DNA from: a virus
Lineage: Duplodnaviria; Caudoviricetes
Virus record (IMG/VR): IMGVR_UViG_2863357390_000001
Strand: one strand, 5' to 3'
Length of the DNA: 64,000 bases
Made by a program: the position numbers and the translations under genes. The notes beneath the pieces are model-generated. The model ran no database searches, was not told the DNA's origin, and saw nothing but the letters and a program-made list of their open reading frames with translations. Below, in pieces: positions 9,861 through 19,281 of this stretch (position 1 is its first letter; each line of letters starts with the position of its first letter).

Positions 9861-10592
9861 GTGGCTGACCCAACCGAGGACGAGATCACCACCGCGATGC
9901 GCGGCCTGACCCCCCTCACCGCCGCGATGCTCGCAGACATGGCGGCCCAGCCCGATCGGGCTCTGATCCTGGTCGGCCAGTACCACCCGGCCACCCGCGC
10001 CGCAGCGGACCGACGCGGCCTCATCTACCCCGTGCCCGCTGGCGAGCACCGGCTGACCCTGCTCGGAGAGGCTGTCATGTCCCGCATGTCCATCCAAACT
10101 GGACAGAACAAAGCCGTGGCTGACCCCATCACCGACCAGGCCGTGGCCGCAGCAGCGACCGCGATCCACGACCTCCTGTCCCCGCACGCACACGACTGCG
10201 CCGGGATCTACACCGGCCAGATCGGCAGCCTCTCTCCCACGAACGAAGACCTCGCCCGCGCCGTGCTCGCCGCCGCGCTCCCGATCATCCACGCCAACGC
10301 CAGCACGGCAGCACACGTCCACACCGGAGAGTGCGACCACCGCGTCGTCCCGATGGACGTCGAGGGCGCCACCGAGTGCTACCACTGCGGCCCGCACTAC
10401 GGCACCAGCCGGTACTGCCACGAAACCTGCCCGGCACCCGACGACCGGCCGCCAGCGGACATCGACACGTTGATCGCCGAGCACTTGGTGGCCTGGCCTG
10501 GGTGGGCCGTGCAGCGAGACCTCCTCGCCAGCGGCACCGCACCGTCCGGTGAGGACCGGAACACGACCCTGCGAGGTGAGCCCGGTGAGTGA
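9861..10592 (+). CDS. Hypothetical, possibly mosaic protein
   Basis: 15-bp direct repeat at 9857 and 10112 marks two gene-start-like halves. Confidence 0.5.
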   Translation: MADPTEDEITTAMRGLTPLTAAMLADMAAQPDRALILVGQYHPATRAAADRRGLIYPVPAGEHRLTLLGEAVMSRMSIQTGQNKAVADPITDQAVAAAATAIHDLLSPHAHDCAGIYTGQIGSLSPTNEDLARAVLAAALPIIHANASTAAHVHTGECDHRVVPMDVEGATECYHCGPHYGTSRYCHETCPAPDDRPPADIDTLIAEHLVAWPGWAVQRDLLASGTAPSGEDRNTTLRGEPGE

Positions 10593-10652
10593 CCTCGACA
10601 AGGCCATCCGCGACCAGCAGGTCACCGGCGGCCTGTCCGACGTGGAGCCCCG

Positions 10653-11363
10653 ATGACCACCGCCTGCGACTGCCCCGACCGCATGCATGGCTACGGCCTC
10701 GGAGACCTCACCGCCATCGCTCGACGTGCCACCGCCAACGCGCGCGCCCGCGGCGACGTCGACCTGCTCCACGAGGCCGCCTGGAACGGCTTGGTGGACT
10801 GCCTGCTCGCCTCGGAGACCCACCCCGGTCCATGCGAACTCGCGGTCGCCGCCCGCGACGGCATCCTCAACGACATCCATCAGTGGCAGGGCCACCGTGG
10901 ACGTCGGAAGAGCTGGGGCAATCCCGGGGCACGGTTCGCTGCCTACTGGCACTCGGATCTCCCTGCCCTCGTCGACCCTCGAATCGAAGCGCTCGTCGAT
11001 CGCATCGCCACCGAGCAGGTCACTCACAAGCTCCCTCGCCACCAAGCCGACCTTCTGCTGCTTCTCGCCGCCACCGGCAGCGTCCAAGCCGTCGCGACCG
11101 CGCGCGGATTGCCCTACGAGACCGTAAAACCGCAAGTACGACAGGCACGTCGGTGTTGGGAAGACCTGTGGTTTGACTGGGAACACGCCCACCGCGTGCG
11201 ACACGCCAAAATCCGGCCACGGCGTCCGATCCAACACGGCACCATCAACGGCTACGCACAGCACCGCCGCCGCTACGAACAGGCATGCGACGACTGTCGT
11301 CACGCGGCACGCGCCTACAACCGGGCACTGGCGGCCTGCGGTAAAAAAGGGAAAGCGAAATGA
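10653..11363 (+). CDS. Sigma-70 region-4-like regulator with C-terminal HG..Y..C..C module
   Basis: LPRHQADLL...ARGLPYETVKPQVRQARR; HGTINGY...ACDDCR. Confidence 0.5.
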   Translation: MTTACDCPDRMHGYGLGDLTAIARRATANARARGDVDLLHEAAWNGLVDCLLASETHPGPCELAVAARDGILNDIHQWQGHRGRRKSWGNPGARFAAYWHSDLPALVDPRIEALVDRIATEQVTHKLPRHQADLLLLLAATGSVQAVATARGLPYETVKPQVRQARRCWEDLWFDWEHAHRVRHAKIRPRRPIQHGTINGYAQHRRRYEQACDDCRHAARAYNRALAACGKKGKAK

Positions 11364-12895
11364 TCACCGTAACCGACCTGTTCTGCGGAGCCGGGGGCTC
11401 CGGACTCGGCGCGACCGCCGTCCCCGGCGTCCAGCTCGTCATGGCCGCGAACCACTCCCCGCGCGCCATCGAGACCCACGCCGCGAACTTCCCGGACTGC
11501 GCACACGACTGCGCCGACATCTCCCAGGTCGAGCCCCGCCGCTACCGGCGCACCAACATCCTGTGGGCGTCGCCGGAGTGCACCTCGCACTCCGTCGCGA
11601 AAGGACGCAAACGCCGCCAGGTCGGCCCCGGCCTGTTCGACGAACCCCTGCCCGACCACGTCGCCGAACGCTCCCGGGCGACCATGTGGGACGTACCCCG
11701 CTTCGCCGAGGTGCACCGCTACGACGCGGTGATCGTGGAGAACGTCGTCGACGCCGCGCACTGGGCTCCGTTCCAGGCGTGGCTGATGGCCATGGACTCC
11801 TACGGCTACGACCACCACGTCGTGTACCTCAACTCCATGCACGCCCCCGCGATCGCCGCGCCCCGTGCCCCGCAGTCCCGCGACCGGATGTACGTGGTGC
11901 TCTGGCGGCGCGGCAACCGACGCCCGGACCTGGAGATCCGGCCGCGGGGCTGGTGCACCGGCTGCGCGGCCGAGGTCGAGTGCCGGCAGGCATGGAAACG
12001 GCGCGGCGCGACGTGGCCGCTGGAGCGGTGGGGCCGCTACCGCGCCCAGTACACCTACGCGTGCACCACCCCGGGCTGCGGCAGGCCGGTCGAGCCCTAC
12101 GTGCTGCCCGCCGCGTCCGCGATCGACTGGTCGATGCTCGGCGAACGGATCGGCGACCGGGACAAGCCGTTGTCGGACAAGACCATCGCGCGTATCCGCG
12201 CCGGCCTGGCCCGCTACGCCGGTGCCCAGCTGGTGCCGTCCGGGGGCACGTGGAACGAGTCCGCCCAACCCGTGACCGGTCCGTTCCGGTCCCGTACGAC
12301 CCGGGAGAACGAGGGGCTGCTCGTCCCGGTCGAGGGCAGGGTCGGCAACGCCGCACTCCCAGCCGCGGCACCGATGCGCACCCAGACGACCCGGCACGAG
12401 ACCGCGCTGGTCGTCCCGTACTACGGGACCGCCGAGGCCGCGCAGCCGACCGACCGGCCGTTGGGCACCCTGACCACGGTGGACCGCTACGGCCTGGCGT
12501 TCATCGCCGAGCTGCGCGGCGGCGGCTCCACCGCCCGGGACGTCCGCGAGCCGCTGTCGACCGTGACCGCGAGCGGCACCCACCACATGCTCGTCCGGCA
12601 CAACACCGCGCGCGGCGACGAGGGCTACCTGTCCACGCCCGTGGACGAGCCGATGCGCACGCTCACCACCGCCGGACACCAGTCCCTGGTCGGCTGGTCC
12701 GAGCGGCCTCCGGCCGTGGAGGACTGCACGTTCCGGATGCTCGCCGTCCCGGAGATCCAGCGCGCCATGGCGTTCGGCGACGACTACGTGGTCACCGGGA
12801 ACAAACGCGAGCAGGTCAAGCAGTTGGGCAACGGAGTCACCCCGCCCGCGGCCGAGTTCCTGATCCGCGCCGTCGTCGACTCCCTCACCCCCTGA
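11360..12895 (+). CDS. DNA (cytosine-5) methyltransferase
   Basis: DLFCGAGG (I), SPEC (IV), VENV (VI), QSRDR (VIII), QLGNGV (X). Confidence 0.93.
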   Translation: MITVTDLFCGAGGSGLGATAVPGVQLVMAANHSPRAIETHAANFPDCAHDCADISQVEPRRYRRTNILWASPECTSHSVAKGRKRRQVGPGLFDEPLPDHVAERSRATMWDVPRFAEVHRYDAVIVENVVDAAHWAPFQAWLMAMDSYGYDHHVVYLNSMHAPAIAAPRAPQSRDRMYVVLWRRGNRRPDLEIRPRGWCTGCAAEVECRQAWKRRGATWPLERWGRYRAQYTYACTTPGCGRPVEPYVLPAASAIDWSMLGERIGDRDKPLSDKTIARIRAGLARYAGAQLVPSGGTWNESAQPVTGPFRSRTTRENEGLLVPVEGRVGNAALPAAAPMRTQTTRHETALVVPYYGTAEAAQPTDRPLGTLTTVDRYGLAFIAELRGGGSTARDVREPLSTVTASGTHHMLVRHNTARGDEGYLSTPVDEPMRTLTTAGHQSLVGWSERPPAVEDCTFRMLAVPEIQRAMAFGDDYVVTGNKREQVKQLGNGVTPPAAEFLIRAVVDSLTP

Positions 12896-12938
12896 TCACC
12901 CGTGCCGCCGCCGCGGCGGCCTGAGGAGGACAACACCC

Positions 12939-13163
12939 ATGACCGACACCGACAACCTCCACTCCACCCTCTCAGCCTGGCGGGTCGGCGACATCGGCAT
13001 CTTCCGCCACGACGAGGTCGGCGACATCGAGGTCGAGGTCGAGCGCATCTACAGCGACGGCCCCGCAGCCCCCGCGCTGGGCATCGTCTACGCCGACGAC
13101 TGGCACGCGGTGATCGACCCGTCGCGGCTGCGCCCGGCACCCGCGGCCGAGGTGTCCCGGTGA
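12939..13163 (+). CDS. Hypothetical protein
   Basis: GAGGAGG RBS. Confidence 0.5.
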   Translation: MTDTDNLHSTLSAWRVGDIGIFRHDEVGDIEVEVERIYSDGPAAPALGIVYADDWHAVIDPSRLRPAPAAEVSR

Positions 13164-13408
13164 CCGCCCCGGACCCCGAGACCACGGCCGCCCGGGACCT
13201 CGCCACCGCCTGGTGCACGCTGCCCGGCTGGACCCGTGCCCACGCCCTGATCGAGATCGGGTCGATGGGCGCGGTCGCCCTGTACTCGACCGGGTGCGAG
13301 CGGGACTACCGCCCGCCGGACCCGGAGGTGGACGAGCCGATCGTCGCCCCGGACGACATGCCGCGCTGCAAGCGGTGCCTGCGCCGATCCGAGGAGCGCG
13401 CATCGTGA
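13160..13408 (+). CDS. Small zinc-binding protein
   Basis: RAH...GC...PRCKRC; coupled. Confidence 0.5.
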   Translation: MTAPDPETTAARDLATAWCTLPGWTRAHALIEIGSMGAVALYSTGCERDYRPPDPEVDEPIVAPDDMPRCKRCLRRSEERAS

Positions 13409-13737
13409 CCACCCCCTCCACCGGCCACGACCAGCCGTGGCTGCCGACCGCCGGCCACCCGGCGGTGTGGATGCCGCACGCCACCGGCGATGACGACTCC
13501 CGACTGGTCGTCGACGTCCTGGACGTCTGGCCCGACGCCGGGCGCCGGCACCACACGCCGAGCGCGCTCCTGTGCGAGGTACGGGAGCCTGGCGAGGGCA
13601 CTCCGGTGTGGGTGTGTACCGAGCAGGATCTCCTCCCGCCCGCCGTCCCTCAGGCCACGGCAGAGCCGACCGAGTGGCACGAGGGGGACGCCACAGATCT
13701 TGGGGACGCAGTCACCCCGCCCGCCGAGGAGGCGTGA
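13405..13737 (+). CDS. Hypothetical protein
   Basis: Coupled ORF. Confidence 0.5.
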   Translation: MTTPSTGHDQPWLPTAGHPAVWMPHATGDDDSRLVVDVLDVWPDAGRRHHTPSALLCEVREPGEGTPVWVCTEQDLLPPAVPQATAEPTEWHEGDATDLGDAVTPPAEEA

Positions 13738-13738
13738 C

Positions 13739-13936
13739 GTGGCCGCCTACCGATCCGTACGACTGATGTGCGACGGAGCGCGCTGCCTCACGGAGTACAT
13801 CCCAACCGACCCGACGCCGACTGCGAGCGCTGCCCGGTACCTCGCCTCCCGACGGGGCTGGACGACTGTCGCCCGGCGCGACTACTGCCCGGCGTGCTGC
13901 CCCGCCACCGCCAACACCACCGCCAAGGAGGCGTGA
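13739..13936 (+). CDS. Small zinc-binding protein
   Basis: CDGARC...RGW...DYCPAC. Confidence 0.5.
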   Translation: MAAYRSVRLMCDGARCLTEYIPTDPTPTASAARYLASRRGWTTVARRDYCPACCPATANTTAKEA

Positions 13937-14307
13937 TGCCCCGCTTGATGTCCGTCGCGATGACGGAGGACGCCGTCCGATCCCGCATCAAGACCGTGAC
14001 GCGTCGCAAGGGCTGGGTCGACCTCCAGCCCGGTACCCGTCTCACCCTGTGCCGCAAGATCATGGGCCGCAAGCCCGGCGAGCCGCTGGTGCGGATCGTG
14101 GACGTCGAGGTCGTGTCCGTCCGCCGCGAACGCCTCGACACCATCACCGCCGACGACGTGGCCCGCGAAGGCTGCCCCGGCATGACCCCGGACGAGTTCG
14201 TCGACCGGTTCTTCGTGCGCGCCCAGCGGATCGACCCGGCCGCAGAGATCACCCGCATCGAGTGGCGCTACCTGCCCGACACCACCGAGGAGACCGTCCG
14301 TGCGTGA
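13936..14307 (+). CDS. ASCH/PUA-like domain protein
   Basis: KTVTRRKGW...VVSVRRERLDTITADDVAREG...RIEW. Confidence 0.7.
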   Translation: MPRLMSVAMTEDAVRSRIKTVTRRKGWVDLQPGTRLTLCRKIMGRKPGEPLVRIVDVEVVSVRRERLDTITADDVAREGCPGMTPDEFVDRFFVRAQRIDPAAEITRIEWRYLPDTTEETVRA

Positions 14308-14656
14308 GATGCGTCGGTCCATCCAGCCCACCTACGACAGCCGTGAGACCGGACCCCGGTATCGGGTCACCTACCAGCTCGACGACCGCACCATCACCTT
14401 CCGGGAACCCATCGCCGACCCGTTCGGGAGGTTCACGCTCCGCGTGTCGTGGTGGGACCGCTTCAAGTCGCTGCTGCGCCGCGACATGGCCGTGACCGTA
14501 CTGGTCGACGGCGACCCCGAGGTGATGGACGACGTCCTGGAGTTGGACGCGGACACCCTCGTGCCGTACTCAACCCGGCAGGCCGAATTTCGGGCGGGGG
14601 TCCACAAGAGCTTGGCCCGATTCGCCAAGGAGAACGAAACCGTCGAGGGAGCGTGA
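14300..14656 (+). CDS. Hypothetical protein
   Basis: RBS; overlap with neighbours. Confidence 0.5.
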   Translation: MREMRRSIQPTYDSRETGPRYRVTYQLDDRTITFREPIADPFGRFTLRVSWWDRFKSLLRRDMAVTVLVDGDPEVMDDVLELDADTLVPYSTRQAEFRAGVHKSLARFAKENETVEGA

Positions 14657-14659
14657 GCC

Positions 14660-14905
14660 GTGGCCAACGACGACACCTGGATCTACCCCGCACCCGCCTG
14701 GAGGACCGGCGACCGGGTCGCCATCGACGACAGCAGCCGCCTCGACTACGACGAGGCTGGGACCGTCATCGGACCCGACCCGTACGACAACGGCGCGTGG
14801 CTCGTCGAACTGGACGACGGCACCGAGACCTCTGCGTACTCCGATGAGCTGACCGGGCTGATCGAGCCCCACTCCGCTTCGTCTCCCGAAAGGACAGACA
14901 CGTGA
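14660..14905 (+). CDS. Small SH3/KOW-like protein
   Basis: WRTGDRV...GTVIG...WLVELDDG. Confidence 0.45.
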   Translation: MANDDTWIYPAPAWRTGDRVAIDDSSRLDYDEAGTVIGPDPYDNGAWLVELDDGTETSAYSDELTGLIEPHSASSPERTDT

Positions 14906-15177
14906 GCAGCGACCCCGCCGCCATCACCATCCACCTCGGCATCGGCGGCCTGGACCGCAACGAAGCCACTGCCGTTCTCCGCGCCATCCCGGCCGGACGC
15001 TCGGCCACGTTCGACGTCACCCAGCCCGCCCTCGGCGGCCCGCGCTACGACGTCACCCTGCACGACCTGTCCAGCGTGCAGGCCCGAGACCTGCTCGCCG
15101 CCCACATCACCGCCGCCGAAGCTGTGTGGAACACGGGAAACGGCGATGGCACCGCCCCGCCCGCCGAGGAGGCGTGA
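14902..15177 (+). CDS. Hypothetical protein
   Basis: Coupled ORF. Confidence 0.5.
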   Translation: MSSDPAAITIHLGIGGLDRNEATAVLRAIPAGRSATFDVTQPALGGPRYDVTLHDLSSVQARDLLAAHITAAEAVWNTGNGDGTAPPAEEA

Positions 15178-15180
15178 GCC

Positions 15181-15381
15181 GTGGCGGTCTTCATGGACTC
15201 CGCAGCATTCTTTCGCCGCCAAGCCATGCTCGCCCGCCGAGCGGAGGTCATGGCGGCCAACCCGACGATCACCGAGGCATCCGCTCTCGCGCCGCTCATG
15301 GGCGACATGCAGAGCGAGTACTGGAAATGGTGCCTGGAGCGCCACCTCATCGAACCGGCCGCGCCCGAGGGTGCGGGGTGA
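15181..15381 (+). CDS. Hypothetical protein
   Basis: GAGGAGG RBS. Confidence 0.45.
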   Translation: MAVFMDSAAFFRRQAMLARRAEVMAANPTITEASALAPLMGDMQSEYWKWCLERHLIEPAAPEGAG

Positions 15382-15610
15382 GCTCCGTGCCGGACGGGAT
15401 ACGCCAGCCCGTCCGCCACGACCTCACCACCACAGAACTCGGCGCCCGCCTGCACGTGGTCGAACGCCCGGTCTTCCCGTGCCCCCGGTGCGGCCGGGCC
15501 GGGTGGCTGGCCGTGCACCTGCACGGCGTGCGCCGGCCGTGCGGCCACACCCGCAGCCTCCCGCCCCTGACCCCCACACCCGCACACCACCGCCACCACC
15601 GAGGAGCAGC

Positions 15611-15955
15611 ATGACCACCGATCCCCTCGCGTACTTCGAGGACGAGACCCTGCCCGACCACTGGTCCAACGGCGACCTCGCCGCCGAGATCACCAGGAAC
15701 GACCCCGTCGCAGACGCCCGCGTCGTGTGGATCCTCGCCGCCCGCGTGGCAACGGCCGGCGCGGCGAACACCGACCCCTTGCACACCCTCCACGACCTCG
15801 GCCGCGCCGTCGCCGCGATCACCGTCACGGCCGACGCGATCATCCGAGACCGTTTCGACGACCTCGACGCCGAGGAGACCACCGACTTCCGGTCCACGAT
15901 CGACCACCTCGTCGCCGCCGCGAAGGGCCTGGACGACTTGTCGGGGTGGTTCTGA
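15611..15955 (+). CDS. Hypothetical protein
   Basis: GAGGAG RBS; overlaps RuvC start. Confidence 0.55.
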   Translation: MTTDPLAYFEDETLPDHWSNGDLAAEITRNDPVADARVVWILAARVATAGAANTDPLHTLHDLGRAVAAITVTADAIIRDRFDDLDAEETTDFRSTIDHLVAAAKGLDDLSGWF

Positions 15956-16485
15956 TGGACGCCGCCTCCGCGCGCGGGAACGTCATCGGCCTGGACTTGT
16001 CCATCACCGCCACCGGGATCGCCTACCCCGACGGCTCCACCGCCACGGTGAAGACCCGGTCCGCCGACGGCGACCGCCGTCTGCTGGACATCGTCGTCGC
16101 CGTCAATCTCGCCCTCGGCTCCGAGCCCACGCTCGTGGTGATCGAGGACCTCCCGACCCACGCCCACGCCGCCGGGATCACCGGCATGGTCCACGGCGCG
16201 GTCCGGGCCGCACTGCTCGACGCGGGCATCCCGTACGTCCTGGTGCCCCCGGCCACGCTCAAGGCGTACGCGACCGGGAGGGGCAACGCGGACAAGACCG
16301 CGATGGCCCTGGCCGCGTTCAAACGCGCCCAGGTCGAGTTCGGCGACGACAACCAGTGCGACGCGTGGTGGCTGCGCCATGCCGGTCTCGACCACCTCGG
16401 CGTCCCGCCGGTCGCGCTGCCCGAAGCCCAGCGGAACAGGCTGTCGGTGCTGCGCTGGCCCGACCTGCCGGCCCGGGTCGCGTGA
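15955..16485 (+). CDS. ruvC: RuvC-like Holliday junction resolvase
   Basis: IGLDLSITATG, VVIED, LKAYATGRGNADK, DNQCDA. Confidence 0.85.
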   Translation: MDAASARGNVIGLDLSITATGIAYPDGSTATVKTRSADGDRRLLDIVVAVNLALGSEPTLVVIEDLPTHAHAAGITGMVHGAVRAALLDAGIPYVLVPPATLKAYATGRGNADKTAMALAAFKRAQVEFGDDNQCDAWWLRHAGLDHLGVPPVALPEAQRNRLSVLRWPDLPARVA

Positions 16486-16682
16486 TGAGCTCGGACAACC
16501 TGTTCATCCCGAGCGTGCACGCCCGCGTCCACGCGTGGGACCGCGACGACCAGGACGGCTACCTCCAAGACCAGCGGCACGCGGCCCGGCTGACCGTGGC
16601 CCGCCACGCCCACGACCGGGACGACTGCGTGGTCCTGCTCGACATGCTCGGCCTGCTCCCCGACACCAACCCCCGCCACTGA
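16485..16682 (+). CDS. Hypothetical protein
   Basis: AHDRDDCVVLLDMLGL motif; coupled. Confidence 0.5.
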   Translation: MSSDNLFIPSVHARVHAWDRDDQDGYLQDQRHAARLTVARHAHDRDDCVVLLDMLGLLPDTNPRH

Positions 16683-16695
16683 CAGGAGACACCCC

Positions 16696-17037
16696 GTGAC
16701 CGTGTTCCGCCGCTACGTGGAAGAGAACGACTGGGAGGGCGAGACCTGGACGTTCTGGCTCCAGGTCGACGGCAACGAGGCCGGCCTCGACCGGCTCGCC
16801 AGTCTGCTCGCCGACCTCGACCCAAGCAGCCAGTACGACACCGAGGACTCGGAGGAGTCCCCCTACACCCTGGCCGACGAGGTCGAGCCGGAGCACGTCG
16901 TGGACAAGCTCGTCGAGTACTCCGACACCGGCTACATGGCCTCCCACACCAAGGTCCCCGGCCGCCTCGTGCTGCCCGAGGCGACCGTCGCCGAGACCCT
17001 CCACAAGGGCGGGATCAAGGACTTGTTCGTCGCATGA
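16696..17037 (+). CDS. Acidic hypothetical protein
   Basis: AGGAG RBS; coupled to the next gene. Confidence 0.55.
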   Translation: MTVFRRYVEENDWEGETWTFWLQVDGNEAGLDRLASLLADLDPSSQYDTEDSEESPYTLADEVEPEHVVDKLVEYSDTGYMASHTKVPGRLVLPEATVAETLHKGGIKDLFVA

Positions 17038-17540
17038 CCGCCGGGACCACCGCGGCCCTGGTGTTCGTCGCGCTCTACACGGCCCACCACCTGGCCGACC
17101 ACTGGGTACAGACCGACCACCAAGCCATCCACAAAGGACTCCCCGGTTGGCGGGGACGCCTGGCCTGTGCCCGGCACGTCGCCACCTACACCCTCACCAC
17201 CCTCGCCGCCGTCCTGGCCGTGCTCTGGCTGCCGCTGGGCCTGCACGCCACCTGGACCGGCATCGCCGTGGGCCAGGCCGTGTCGGCGGTCACCCACTAC
17301 GTGATCGACCGGCGCACCCCGCTGGCCCGACTCGCGCACGCCACCGGCAAAGGCGACTACCACGACCGCGGAACCCCACGGCCGCACCGGGTGTTCGCGT
17401 ACCGGCCGGACGTGGAGGACGACCCGACGGCCGACCTCCCGCTCGACCAGGCCCCGGTGGTGCGGGGCGCGTACTTCCTGGACCAGTCTTTGCACATCGC
17501 CGTGCTGTTCGCGGCGGCCTTGATCACCGCCCTGCTCTGA
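17034..17540 (+). CDS. DUF3307-like membrane protein
   Basis: AHHLADHWVQTD, HVATY, THYVIDRR, DQSLH. Confidence 0.75.
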   Translation: MTAGTTAALVFVALYTAHHLADHWVQTDHQAIHKGLPGWRGRLACARHVATYTLTTLAAVLAVLWLPLGLHATWTGIAVGQAVSAVTHYVIDRRTPLARLAHATGKGDYHDRGTPRPHRVFAYRPDVEDDPTADLPLDQAPVVRGAYFLDQSLHIAVLFAAALITALL

Positions 17541-17565
17541 CCCAACGCACCGAGGAGACCCGCCA

Positions 17566-18198
17566 GTGATCATGACCAAGGTGGTGCTGGACCACCGCAA
17601 CCCGCAGACCGTCGAGGATCTCCGAAACGCCTACCAAATGCACGTCCGCGTCCGGGAGATCGCCGAGGGCCTGCCCGACCCGGACGGCGGCAGGCTGCTG
17701 TGGGGCCTGCACGGCACGACCCTGCTCGTGCAGACCGGAGCGGCGGTGTCCCCGCTCGCCCTGCCCGCCGGGTACGCCGTCTCGGTCCACTCCGCGAACC
17801 TGGCATCCCGCCTCGACCGGATCACCGCCGGTTCGGTCGTGCGGTGGGCGGTCATCGCCAACCCGACCCGGGCACGGGCCAAGGCCACCGCCGTCGGCCC
17901 CGACGGCGTCCCGGTGCGCAAGTCGAGGGGCCAGCCCACCCCGGTCGCCCTGGGCGAACGCAACGAGTGGATCACCCGCAGGCTCGCCCCGGCACTGGAG
18001 ATCACCGCGCTGACCGGCAGGCCGCTGCCCGCCGCCGCCGGCACCCAGATCCGCACGAGGCACCGCGTGCACCACTCCCGGCACCTGTGGCAGGGCACCG
18101 CGACCGTGGCCGACCCGGACGTCCTGCGCGGTCTGGTGTCGTCCGGGATCGGCCACGGCAAGGCGTTCGGCTGCGGCCTGCTGCTGGTGGCGTCGTGA
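17566..18198 (+). CDS. cas6e: Type I-E-like CRISPR RNA endonuclease Cas6e (CasE/Cse3)
   Basis: N-terminal AYQMHVRV, LLVQT, ANPT, and C-terminal Gly-loop GIGHGKAFGCGLL. Confidence 0.88.
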   Translation: MIMTKVVLDHRNPQTVEDLRNAYQMHVRVREIAEGLPDPDGGRLLWGLHGTTLLVQTGAAVSPLALPAGYAVSVHSANLASRLDRITAGSVVRWAVIANPTRARAKATAVGPDGVPVRKSRGQPTPVALGERNEWITRRLAPALEITALTGRPLPAAAGTQIRTRHRVHHSRHLWQGTATVADPDVLRGLVSSGIGHGKAFGCGLLLVAS

Positions 18199-18953
18199 CC
18201 TCGCCGACCCGACTCGTCTGGGGACTGGCCGGACACCCCGAGCCGACCGGGGCCGTCGCGAACCTGTTCGCCGACCGGCCCGGGATGTGCGTGATGTGCG
18301 GGCTGTCCGCCGACCGCACCGCCGACGCCGCCCGTGCGACCGGCGCGAACTTCACCGACCAGTACCTGTACCGCCGGCCGGACTCGGACCGGATCTGCCC
18401 GGCGTGCGTGTGGTGCTGCTCGGGGAAACCCCCGGCGACGCTGCGCATGTGGACGGTCGTCGCCGCGATCGGCGCGACCCTGCCCGACAACCACCCCAAG
18501 TGCTGGCTGCCCAGCCAACCAGGTTTGTGCCTGACCAACCGGGCCGCGCCCGGTGTCGTCGCCGACATCCTCGCCGCCCCACCGGAGGGGGCGTGGCTGG
18601 TCACCGTCGCGACCTCCGGGCAGAAACACGTCCTGCCCTACGGGAAAGTCAACCACGGCGGTCCCGAGTGGACGGTCCGAATGGAGAACACCACGATCAC
18701 CTCCAACGCCCCCACGTGGCGCCGCGTCCTGGGCCACGCCGCCACACTGCGCGCGGCCCGCCACACCGGCGACGACCTCGCCGCCGGGCGGCCCACCCTC
18801 GCCGCGATCCGCACCGCCGACGACCTCGACACGTGGAACCACCACCACGCCGGACTCGCCGACCACGTCGGCTCACCACTACTCGACCTAGCCCTCTGGT
18901 GCCTGACCAAGGAGACGATCCATGACCACGCCCACGCCGCCCCCGTCGCCTGA
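18195..18953 (+). CDS. csf1: Type IV large subunit Csf1 (Cas8-like)
   Basis: CVMCG...NFTD...ICPACVWC zinc motifs; TSGQKHVLP; GTGA overlap with cas6e. Confidence 0.75.
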   Translation: MTSPTRLVWGLAGHPEPTGAVANLFADRPGMCVMCGLSADRTADAARATGANFTDQYLYRRPDSDRICPACVWCCSGKPPATLRMWTVVAAIGATLPDNHPKCWLPSQPGLCLTNRAAPGVVADILAAPPEGAWLVTVATSGQKHVLPYGKVNHGGPEWTVRMENTTITSNAPTWRRVLGHAATLRAARHTGDDLAAGRPTLAAIRTADDLDTWNHHHAGLADHVGSPLLDLALWCLTKETIHDHAHAAPVA

Positions 18954-19281
18954 CGAGCTGATCCAGGCCACCGTCGCCTGGCTCAACGCGCTGCTCGACT
19001 CGGCCTCGGCCGACGTGCTCGGCGTCGCCCACTACTGGGACCGCGCCCAGTCCGCGCTGATCACCGCCGCCACCGCCGACACGGTCGGGGAGGCGGTCAC
19101 CACCGCCGCCCGCAAACTCCAGATCGAGACCACCCAGGCCCGCACCGACACCGCGCTGCTGGAGGCGTGCGCGGTGATCGCCGCCGACTACCCCGCCTGG
19201 CAGGCGAGGGTGGAACGCGAAGCCGTCTACCTCGTCGCCCTCGCCCGTGTCGCCCGCACCGCCCGGAAGGCCACCCGATGA
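18922..19281 (+). CDS. cas11: Type IV-B small subunit (Cas11-like)
   Basis: 119-aa helical protein (YWDR...ARKLQI) between csf1 and csf2. Confidence 0.65.
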   Translation: MTTPTPPPSPDELIQATVAWLNALLDSASADVLGVAHYWDRAQSALITAATADTVGEAVTTAARKLQIETTQARTDTALLEACAVIAADYPAWQARVEREAVYLVALARVARTARKATR

